From the IMG/VR virus record IMGVR_UViG_3300029911_000001, positions 167,109 to 231,108 of that record: a stretch of 64,000 nucleotides of DNA, one strand, 5' to 3'. The stretch's first letter is position 1; each line of letters starts with the position of its first letter. The notes below the pieces were generated by a model. That model did not search any database. It worked only from the letters and a program-made list of their open reading frames with translations, and was not told the origin of the DNA. Positions 56,580-64,000 of this stretch are shown here, piece after piece. The translations under genes were made by a program, and so were the position numbers.

Positions 56580-57147
56580 TGTGGATATGTCTTGCGGTTG
56601 CAAACTGTATGCGGAGTTCAAGGACGCCCAGTGCAAGGAGGCTTTGACCGAGGGAGAGGTGGAAAGAACCTTCGTTGCTTGTGCCACGCACAAGGCTGAC
56701 CCCTCTTTGTCCATGCTTATGTTTCTCATTGGTGAGCGTCTCGATGAAGCGGTTGAAGAGGCCCAAAAAGCTCCAGTCGTTCCAGTTCACCTCCACCCGA
56801 TTCCTCAGGGCATTGAAGTGGGAGACACAGGCGGAGTATTAGCCGCGTCCACTTCCACTGTGCAGAGCGTGATGAAGGTGAATAGACCCGAGGCTGTGGG
56901 TCGTGCTCGGGAGAGGGGCGTAAAGACAATGCAGCGGACTCCTGAGCAGTTGGTTAATTCGGGTGCTGTGGTTCCCGGTCTCAAGACTAAGGTAGCAGTT
57001 AGGGGCGACGGTGGTGTGCAGATGGCAGCGGAGGGAGATGTGCAGATTTATGAGGCGGATGAGGATGAGGCAGTCACCCCCCATATAGATGAACTCATGG
57101 CAATCCTCGACCCTAAGGATGGGTTGGTATTAGATGAAGAGGAGTAG
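56539..57147 (+). CDS. Hypothetical protein
   Basis: 202 aa ORF. Confidence 0.65.
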   Translation: MAMKVIKTAIHRLSVDMSCGCKLYAEFKDAQCKEALTEGEVERTFVACATHKADPSLSMLMFLIGERLDEAVEEAQKAPVVPVHLHPIPQGIEVGDTGGVLAASTSTVQSVMKVNRPEAVGRARERGVKTMQRTPEQLVNSGAVVPGLKTKVAVRGDGGVQMAAEGDVQIYEADEDEAVTPHIDELMAILDPKDGLVLDEEE

Positions 57148-57378
57148 CTCACCGGGAAACTTGAACTTGCTAGGCTCTACACCTAGTCTGAACGCCAACA
57201 CTGCTCGATACTCATTTGGCATTAGGTTCCCCTTCTCAGTGTTACACTTCCTACAAGCATCCACGATATTCTTGCGAGAGTCGCTCCCACCCTTCGACCG
57301 GGGGATAACATGATCTTTACCCCCGGTACGGCGGCTGAGAGCTTTCCCGCAATAGAAGCAATGACGGTAGTTAATCAG
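57130..57378 (-). CDS. HNH endonuclease lacking a canonical start (absent from ORF track)
   Basis: CFYCG...KDHVIPRSKGGSDSRKNIVDACRKCNTEKG. Confidence 0.8.
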   Translation of the reverse strand: MINYRHCFYCGKALSRRTGGKDHVIPRSKGGSDSRKNIVDACRKCNTEKGNLMPNEYRAVLAFRLGVEPSKFKFPGELLLFI

Positions 57379-57603
57379 TTAGTTTGTCTCCTCGGTGATT
57401 GAGTTGACGTGGGTCATAACTGTGTCGAGGGTGGAGAACAGGCTTTGTAGAGCTTCTACACTACCCTCAATTTCAAAGTCGGCGGGTTCGGGGTCAGAGT
57501 CCGAAGCAGCTTCGCTAATGCGAAGCTTGACCTGATTGTCGCGAGTCTTGTGAAGCAGAATTTCACATTCACCATTAATAATATGAATGACACGTAGTCC
57601 CAT
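57379..57603 (-). CDS. Hypothetical protein
   Basis: 74 aa ORF. Confidence 0.6.
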   Translation of the reverse strand: MGLRVIHIINGECEILLHKTRDNQVKLRISEAASDSDPEPADFEIEGSVEALQSLFSTLDTVMTHVNSITEETN

Positions 57604-57754
57604 GGTATTTCCCCCGGTGTGACTGTGTTCTCTTCTTACCCAAGAGACAGGAAGTTGCTTTTTTGGGTTACCTTTGGGCTTTGCTGGAGCCTAAAACACA
57701 AAAATTTCCCAAAATTACTGTTCAAAGTGCCTGTAGTCCCCGTATACTACGTGT

Positions 57755-58828
57755 ATGGAAGACATAGTTCTCACCCCGGCTCCTGTAGACACCCCCGAAG
57801 AGGCCAAGAAGGAATTGACCCCTGCCGCGATGATTGACCCCCAGATGATTCTGGCGTTCATGTTCGCCGGGGACGTGACCCTGACCTTCCGCAACGTCCA
57901 CAGCATGAACCACTACACCTACCTCATTCGGGAAGGCAAAGAGCAGTGGAAGGGCCGCTTCTTCGTCTACTACCTGTCGGGCTCCGACAACGAGAGCGAC
58001 TACACATATATGGGCTGGGTTGTGCCGGATTGGAAGACGAAGGTTCCCACCTTCCGCACCACTGCCAAGTCCAAGGTCACCATGCAGTCGCAGGTTGTCA
58101 TGGTTTTCTCGCGGGTTCTGGAACTCCTGCTTCAGGGTAAGCTCCCCAAGGGTCTGGAAATCTGGCACGAAGGTCGTTGCGCTCGTTGCCACCGCAAGCT
58201 GACCGACGCCCAGTCTATCGCTGATGGCTTCGGCCCCATCTGCATCAAGCTGTCGGCTGGCTTGATTGCTGGCTTCGCCCCTATTCTTCCGGCTCAGACG
58301 AGCGACAACACGACCGCAGCATACAGCAAGCCCCGCACCCCGGCAGCTATCCTCGCCGCCGTGAACGAAGACCCCAAGATTCAGCAACTCGCCGATGAGA
58401 TGTGGGCGAAGAACCCTGCGAACCCGGTCAACAAGGCCCCGGTAGTTCCGGCTGAACCCCTCCCGGTTGACGCTCAGGCGGCTGTGGAACTCGCCAAGTC
58501 GCAGGGCTGGACGGTAGAAGAGGCGACCATCGCTCTCAGCCGTCGCAAGATTGTGAACCTGAACCTCAAGAAGTCGGACGAGGTGGATGCGGCTCTGGAC
58601 ATTGAAGTGGTCAAGACCACCCACAAGGTCACGGGAGACCTCGACTACCCTTCCAAGCAGGGTCAGGCTACGCTCTTCACGGAGCAGGTCATCGAGGAAC
58701 TCGCTGCACGGGTCAACATGATGAAGAATGACCGTCCTGATGATTACACCATGGATGGTATTATGAATGAAGATGAAGCGTTCGCTTTCTGGTACAAGAA
58801 GTTCCAGAACGACGCAGTGGGGGTTTAA
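57755..58828 (+). CDS. DUF6011-containing protein
   Basis: CARCHRKLTDAQSIADGFGPIC; leaderless start after TATACT. Confidence 0.72.
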   Translation: MEDIVLTPAPVDTPEEAKKELTPAAMIDPQMILAFMFAGDVTLTFRNVHSMNHYTYLIREGKEQWKGRFFVYYLSGSDNESDYTYMGWVVPDWKTKVPTFRTTAKSKVTMQSQVVMVFSRVLELLLQGKLPKGLEIWHEGRCARCHRKLTDAQSIADGFGPICIKLSAGLIAGFAPILPAQTSDNTTAAYSKPRTPAAILAAVNEDPKIQQLADEMWAKNPANPVNKAPVVPAEPLPVDAQAAVELAKSQGWTVEEATIALSRRKIVNLNLKKSDEVDAALDIEVVKTTHKVTGDLDYPSKQGQATLFTEQVIEELAARVNMMKNDRPDDYTMDGIMNEDEAFAFWYKKFQNDAVGV

Positions 58829-58829
58829 C

Positions 58830-59225
58830 GTGGGCTTCGAGGAAGACGGATACGTGCGTGGCCTGTCCTATGACGAGGATTCGATGCGTGAGATTGAAGC
58901 TGAAATCGAGCAGGAGCGTCTTGATGCCATCTACGGTCACTCGAATGACACCGATCCCGCCCCGGTCGTGGATGATGACTTCTATCCTGACTTTGAGTAT
59001 GATGCAGAGTACGCTGTTCAACTTCGCGGGGTCACGCTGAACGGTGCCCCTGTGTTCGAGGATGACGAGTTAGATAAGGCGTTTGAAGCGAACTTCCACG
59101 GCAAGGTCATCGGCGTGTACGACAGCCTTGAAGAGGCTCAGGCCGCTGAGGACAAGGCGTACGAGGAAGAGGAAGAGGAACTTCGTGGAAAACTGCACGG
59201 AATCTACACCGAAGAAGAAGCGTAG
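58830..59225 (+). CDS. Very acidic hypothetical protein
   Basis: Asp/Glu-rich ORF after the upstream stop. Confidence 0.6.
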   Translation: MGFEEDGYVRGLSYDEDSMREIEAEIEQERLDAIYGHSNDTDPAPVVDDDFYPDFEYDAEYAVQLRGVTLNGAPVFEDDELDKAFEANFHGKVIGVYDSLEEAQAAEDKAYEEEEEELRGKLHGIYTEEEA

Positions 59226-59595
59226 ACACTGGCATCATAGGCGAAACCTTGAAGATCGCCTATACTCCTTCCATGAGTTCCGTTCCTGTGCGTCCAAGCT
59301 GCGTCACGCTCATGCGCTGACCGCCCTGCAACACGCCTTCAAGTTGGGACAGGTTCGACCGCTGGCGAAGATTGCCATCTACCCTTGCGAGTATTGCGAT
59401 GGGATGCATGTAACCACTAGCCACAACGACAACGACTATTCCAAGCTGGAGAATTCGTTGCATAAGCTGGAGCGTATCATGAGTCACCCCAACTTTGCCC
59501 TGAGGGCTCCAGTCTATATACAGGGCAAGTATACCAAGATGCTGGCGGACATTCAGGTCCGTATGCTGGAGCTAGAAGAACGCCATGCAAGATAG
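59083..59595 (+). CDS. Hypothetical protein (true start uncertain, likely downstream of 59225)
   Basis: YPCEYCDGMHVT motif in the 3' part. Confidence 0.45.
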   Translation: MKRTSTARSSACTTALKRLRPLRTRRTRKRKRNFVENCTESTPKKKRRHWHHRRNLEDRLYSFHEFRSCASKLRHAHALTALQHAFKLGQVRPLAKIAIYPCEYCDGMHVTTSHNDNDYSKLENSLHKLERIMSHPNFALRAPVYIQGKYTKMLADIQVRMLELEERHAR

Positions 59596-59769
59596 CCTTC
59601 AGTCAACCCCGCGTCCCGCTCAGCATCAAGGCTCCCTCACAGACCAGATGATTGAGCTTCGGAAACTGGCCGCTCACTTCGGTTTGTACGACGCCGATGA
59701 CTGGCTCATCAGAAACTTTTTTGAGAAGTCTGCTGCTCGAAAAACCTGACGGTTTGGTATACTGTAGGT

Positions 59770-60057
59770 ATGACCAAGGACGAACTCACTACCGACACGA
59801 ACGTGGCCTTCAAAATCAAGGTGCATGTTGACGGCAAGACCAAGTGGTCACCGCTGCTGTCTTTCACCAAGGTGCATGGCGAGTACCTGTTCTTCAAGCC
59901 GGTCGAGGATACTCTGTCTACTCTCACTCACGAAATCATTCAGGTCTATCTTGGCAGCGAGAGTTGTCTCGCGGATGCGAAGAAGTTCATCCAGTGTAAG
60001 TTCTACGGTGAGTGGGTGAAGGCTCCGCATGTATGTGGAAAAGACTGCCCCTTGTAA
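59770..60057 (+). CDS. Hypothetical protein
   Basis: Leaderless start after TATACT. Confidence 0.65.
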   Translation: MTKDELTTDTNVAFKIKVHVDGKTKWSPLLSFTKVHGEYLFFKPVEDTLSTLTHEIIQVYLGSESCLADAKKFIQCKFYGEWVKAPHVCGKDCPL

Positions 60058-60087
60058 GTCTCGCGAACATGCTTTACAATTCGGGAC

Positions 60088-60814
60088 ATGCAATTAGAAT
60101 CCCAACACGTTCGCATCCAGCTTCAAGAGTATCGCTCTAACAAGTTCGTCAAGGGAGAAGCAGAAGACTTCCTTTCGTACAGCCATCTACAACACCCAAC
60201 GTGGCACCCCCCCGGTCAACTTCGATGACCTAATGAAGCGGTATCCCTCGCTGGTGTCCAACACCGTACGTAGGTTCATGAAGTACAGTACGGGGCTGGA
60301 GCGGCTGGATAGGGAGGAGAACGCTCGTTCGGAAAACGAGGCTGACCTTGAAGAGTGGGTGCAGGATGTGTACCTGCATCTGATGTCCCTCTCTTCGGAC
60401 AGCATCTATCGGGCACAAGGATTCTCCGATAAGATTCAGGTGTACGACCCGTCGCTGTGCCCTGCCAATCTTACACCCGCGAAGCATTTCACGATGTACT
60501 TGACTCAAATCATCCGACACTTCATACTTACCAAGCTATACAAGCGACGGAAGGATGCACTGCACTACGAACACGATAAGTGCCCGTGGGATGAGGTTAC
60601 TGTCGTAGTCAATCCCGAACCCAACATGAACCGAAATATCCTCCTTCGAGAGTGTGTGGACTACATATCTGAAGCGACCGCAACCGGCTCTCTCAAGGGA
60701 GAGAACTGGAAGACGCTTGCAACAAAGCTAGGGGTATGTACCAGCGCGGAAAGGGTACGCCCGAGAGTGCTTCACTACTTGAAGGCACACGGAAACGCTC
60801 ACCTTCAGTATTAG
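60088..60814 (+). CDS. Sigma-factor region-2-like protein, apparently frameshifted in a C7 run
   Basis: FDDLMKRYPSLVSNTVRRF...DLEEWVQDVYLHL; removing one C at 60207-60213 joins ATG 60088 to ORF 60233-60814. Confidence 0.42.
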
Positions 60815-60841
60815 ATTAGAAGACAAGGCCAAGGAGAGAAA

Positions 60842-61120
60842 ATGAAAGCGGAAACCCAGTCCATCCTATCGCTCATCGCAGACAAGTCTTACGATGAGTA
60901 CAACAACATCCTCCCCATCATCAAGCAGAAGTTGGGGCATGAGCGGGTTCAGGCGTTCGAGGCAACTCTGATTGAAGAGTTGCCGTTGACGACCGCTCGT
61001 CGGGCCTATCGTGCGGCTATCATGGTCGCCATGGGTGAGGAAAAGGTGTACCGCGAAATCAATCACCAGCGTCCAGTGCTTGAGAAGAAGCCGAAGAAGG
61101 TTGTCGCAGCGAAGAAATAG
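60842..61120 (+). CDS. Hypothetical protein
   Basis: SD AAGGAG, 92 aa. Confidence 0.65.
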   Translation: MKAETQSILSLIADKSYDEYNNILPIIKQKLGHERVQAFEATLIEELPLTTARRAYRAAIMVAMGEEKVYREINHQRPVLEKKPKKVVAAKK

Positions 61121-61183
61121 GTTTTGGGGTCGGGCATTTATGCTATACTATGCGGGACATGCGTCTTCCAAACAGGAGTCATT

Positions 61184-61663
61184 ATGGCCGACCCCAAAAC
61201 CAAACTGGAGCAACTGATAGAAGAACACGGCGGGAAGTTGATTCGGCAAGCTAACCATAACGTATTCCTGTTCCCGAATGGTAAGAAGCTCGTCGTAGCA
61301 AAGACCCCCTCATGTCATCGCTCGTACGACAACACAGCAGCCTTGCTGAAGAATCTTCTAGGTGTGCATTCACCAGACCGGGGGGCATCGGGGGAACGTC
61401 GAGAGAAGCGACTGAAGCGACGTATCGAAGGTCGAGCTATTCTACCTGCGGCTCTCCATGAAGTACCCACTGTGGATTGGAAGAACAAGTTGGCTGAGGT
61501 CAAGGAAGTCCTACCGGAGGCTAATCGACCCGTGGCTCAGCAACGTTCGATGTCATCTGCACGAATCATCAAGCATCCGGTGCATGGTCAACCTAAGCCG
61601 GAGAGCACACTACCTCCGGTTGACATCACAGATTTGGCAGCGAAGTTCAAGGGAGATAACTAA
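61184..61663 (+). CDS. HicA-like N-terminal domain protein
   Basis: LIEEHGGKLIRQANHNVFLFPNGKKLVVAKTPS. Confidence 0.48.
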   Translation: MADPKTKLEQLIEEHGGKLIRQANHNVFLFPNGKKLVVAKTPSCHRSYDNTAALLKNLLGVHSPDRGASGERREKRLKRRIEGRAILPAALHEVPTVDWKNKLAEVKEVLPEANRPVAQQRSMSSARIIKHPVHGQPKPESTLPPVDITDLAAKFKGDN

Positions 61664-61691
61664 TGAAGAACCCACCCATCTCACAAGCTGA

Positions 61692-61943
61692 CCCACACTG
61701 GATGAATACGAACGTAGGCTGGCGGAACAGGGGTACGTTTGTGCTATGTGCTCACAGCCTGAGGTTGAGATGAGAGGCGGTAAGTTGCTTCGGATGGCGG
61801 TTGACCATGACCATATAACTGGTGAAGTTAGAGGGCTTCTATGCAAACGGTGCAACAGGGCACTGGGTATCTTGGAAGACTCCATCGAACTGTTGCAGAG
61901 AGCTATCCAATACCTACAGAAGGCGGCAGCAGCACATGGGTAA
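61692..61943 (+). CDS. Endonuclease VII-like HNH protein (5' end damaged or non-canonical)
   Basis: LDEYERRLAEQGYVCAMC...VDHDHITGEVRGLLCKRCNRALG. Confidence 0.78.
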   Translation, partial: PTLDEYERRLAEQGYVCAMCSQPEVEMRGGKLLRMAVDHDHITGEVRGLLCKRCNRALGILEDSIELLQRAIQYLQKAAAAHG

Positions 61944-62400
61944 GTCCGTAGGTTTCACTGGTACTAAAAACGGTATGACAGATAGCCAGAAGTTTGAACT
62001 GGTGGAGTACCTGCGATATTTGAAGGCTCAGGGTTACACCGAGTTTAGGCACGGTGACTGCATCGGGGCTGACGCTCAGGCGGCTGGTCTGGCAAAGCAG
62101 ATAGGGTTCATCCTCATCTGTCACCCCGGTCACCCCAAGGATAAGGACAACACGATGTACCGGGCCTTCACCAAGTTCAACGATGAAGTACGGGAGTCCA
62201 AGCCGTTCATCGCTCGTGACCATGACATTGTGGACGAGACTGAGAGAATGATTGCCACACCAGCCGGGGAAGAGCAAGTACGTAGTGGAACGTGGACGAC
62301 CATTCGCTACGCAAAAAAGAAGGGTCGGGAGGTACGCATCATTATGCCTCCGGTAAAGCCCAACCTGTACACATCACTGGACATCACTGGAGGGAAGTAA
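61936..62400 (+). CDS. SLOG-superfamily protein
   Basis: VGFTGT..GMT, HGDCIGAD, ARDHDIV, RSGTWTTIRYA. Confidence 0.78.
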   Translation: MGKSVGFTGTKNGMTDSQKFELVEYLRYLKAQGYTEFRHGDCIGADAQAAGLAKQIGFILICHPGHPKDKDNTMYRAFTKFNDEVRESKPFIARDHDIVDETERMIATPAGEEQVRSGTWTTIRYAKKKGREVRIIMPPVKPNLYTSLDITGGK

Positions 62401-62907
62401 ATGTCATTGGAACGTTTTAGGATGGCACCGGGGGAAGTGGCGAAGATGATACTCCTGCCTCCTGCTACCAATACCTACACCGAGAAGTACACTCACTTCC
62501 TCGACAAGGAAAAGAAGATTCCAGTGTCACATCTGGAAGACCTCCCGTGCCCTGTGTGTGATGCCGGTATTCCGTGTATGGAGAAGTACGCCATCCAAGC
62601 TGACTTAGAGTCTCAAGTACGCTTCCCACGTTCCAAGAAAAGGCGTATTAGAAACAAGTGGGCCAAGCAGCCGAAGAACTTCAAGAATATACCCATGCAG
62701 TTCTACGTGTCGAAGGAGCAGAAGGAAGCCATCGACAAGATGTTCGGTAAGACCATTCAGGAGTTACAAGACCGTGAACGTTCTCGTTATAGTACCGACC
62801 CACGACCGGAAAGATTTCTTGGACGAGGCGATGCAGTCGGTGTACGCACAGACTATGAAGCCTCGTACGATAGTGACTGGGAACGTCGCACCTTCCCAAC
62901 CGGGTGA
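62401..62907 (+). CDS. Hypothetical protein (3' end overlaps the glycosyltransferase)
   Basis: CPVC, RIRNKWAK; 134-nt overlap makes the 3' end uncertain. Confidence 0.55.
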   Translation: MSLERFRMAPGEVAKMILLPPATNTYTEKYTHFLDKEKKIPVSHLEDLPCPVCDAGIPCMEKYAIQADLESQVRFPRSKKRRIRNKWAKQPKNFKNIPMQFYVSKEQKEAIDKMFGKTIQELQDRERSRYSTDPRPERFLGRGDAVGVRTDYEASYDSDWERRTFPTG

Positions 62908-63349
62908 CTACACCTTTGTTCACTCGGACGAGGGGCTCATCGTGAAGTTGAACACTACCATTGCAGCGAACGACTGCGATGCGTTCATCCTTCTGAGCGA
63001 TGATGACACTCTGCTGCCTGAGTACGTTGAGAAGACCTCCGCCATGATGGAGACGACAGGGGCGGACATCGTGTACACCGAGTTCAACAATGAGCCGGTG
63101 ACTGCCCTCATCCGCAAGTCCATTTGGGAAAAGGTTGGCGGCTTCGCTGAGATGGGTTTCTTCGACTGGGACTTTTACTGGTCGTGCCGTGAAGCTGGGG
63201 CTCTCTCAATACCCATTCGGGAGCACCTGTTCGTGTATCGGCAGCATGAGGCACAGATGGCAAAGCACGGGGAGTGGAAATCTGACGGCTCGTGGGCAAA
63301 GTGGGAAGTAGCTATCTTAGAGAAGCACCCGAAGCGAGGTCAACCGTGA
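62774..63349 (+). CDS. Glycosyltransferase family 2
   Basis: VIVPTHDRKDFLDEAMQSVYAQT, LSDDD, FDWDFY, VYRQH. Confidence 0.85.
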   Translation: MNVLVIVPTHDRKDFLDEAMQSVYAQTMKPRTIVTGNVAPSQPGDYTFVHSDEGLIVKLNTTIAANDCDAFILLSDDDTLLPEYVEKTSAMMETTGADIVYTEFNNEPVTALIRKSIWEKVGGFAEMGFFDWDFYWSCREAGALSIPIREHLFVYRQHEAQMAKHGEWKSDGSWAKWEVAILEKHPKRGQP

Positions 63350-63612
63350 AGAAGCAGAAGGTCATCGTCGTTAACGTCCCGAAGCGGAAGACGCCCACCA
63401 AGCAGGTTCTGTTGGAAGTCCTGCTCTCGGCTTTGAACTGTGAGAGTCATTTCGAGAAGCCCACTATCATCAACAACGACCCCCTATATTCCATGGACGG
63501 GGCTCAGGTGATTTGCGACCAGTGCGTCAAACGCATTCGTGAGGCACTGGACTTGAAGGATGACGAGGGAGCCCCGTGCTCCTTCCAATACTTCGGCCCC
63601 ATGGGTGAGTAA
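63346..63612 (+). CDS. Hypothetical protein
   Basis: GTGA-coupled ORF. Confidence 0.55.
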   Translation: MKKQKVIVVNVPKRKTPTKQVLLEVLLSALNCESHFEKPTIINNDPLYSMDGAQVICDQCVKRIREALDLKDDEGAPCSFQYFGPMGE

Positions 63613-63662
63613 TGGCAAAGTATCTCCCCAACCCAGCTAACCTCGCCCTGTTCAAAGTTGTA

Positions 63663-64000
63663 ATGGCCCCGAAGCCCGGACTGAAGACTGAGGTTACGAT
63701 ATACGCAGCAGACTTAGCTCAAGCGAAGAGTAAGGTAGAAGCGTTGTGGGAGTTTGCTGTGCTCTCGGCGAAGGCAGTGGCGGTCAAAGAACCTCCCCCT
63801 CCTCCGGTCAAGGCACCCAAGGCCCAGCTTGAACTCACACCGTCCTACACGTATTCCGTACCGAATGACGTTCCTCTTGGGCTCTTCACGTATTGTCACG
63901 CTGCTGTGCCCACCGAAGAGCAAGCTCATGCTATCCTTCTCGCCTTCGAAGAGCATGTGACGCAACCGGTGCTTTTACAGAACTGCACGTCGGGTAAGAA
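63663..64000 (+). CDS. Partial hypothetical protein running off the window
   Basis: Open frame MAPKPGLKTEV... to the end of the window. Confidence 0.55.
   Translation, partial: MAPKPGLKTEVTIYAADLAQAKSKVEALWEFAVLSAKAVAVKEPPPPPVKAPKAQLELTPSYTYSVPNDVPLGLFTYCHAAVPTEEQAHAILLAFEEHVTQPVLLQNCTSGK

Noticed and set aside
62774-62907. Functional dual-coding overlap between ORF 62401 and the glycosyltransferase
   Set aside because: The overlapping tail looks like off-frame GT2 sequence; a late stop or sequencing indel is the simpler explanation.
63612-63662. Further homopolymer frameshift joining ATG 63612 to the terminal ORF
   Set aside because: An in-frame ATG at 63663 explains the ORF without a frameshift; the evidence is insufficient.

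Overview
This window is a gene-dense, almost entirely plus-strand segment of a large (jumbo-type) tailed phage genome. No rRNA, CRISPR array or IS element is visible. It encodes a replication and recombination set: HU, an SSB-like protein, a DEDDh exonuclease, RuvC, RecA, SbcD, a family A DNA polymerase and a DnaX-like clamp loader. SbcC and primase are each split into two distant genes. Other genes include PhoH, Nudix, NADAR, ADP-ribosylglycohydrolase, an ART-like protein, a SET-domain gene, a NusG paralogue, a probable portal, a large virion protein and about a dozen free-standing homing-type endonucleases, several of them broken. A 9-kb tRNA/ncRNA island (19.7-28.7 kb) holds 11 intact tRNAs (Tyr x2, Leu x5, Pro x2, Met, Phe) plus tRNA fragments, tRNA-like RNAs and structured RNAs. 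The main observation is that tRNA blocks are preceded by short leader ORFs enriched in the codons read by the downstream tRNAs. The Tyr/Leu leader has a clear terminator/antiterminator switch, which points to ribosome-mediated attenuation of phage tRNA genes. All product calls come from motif recognition by eye; no database searches or folding programs were run.
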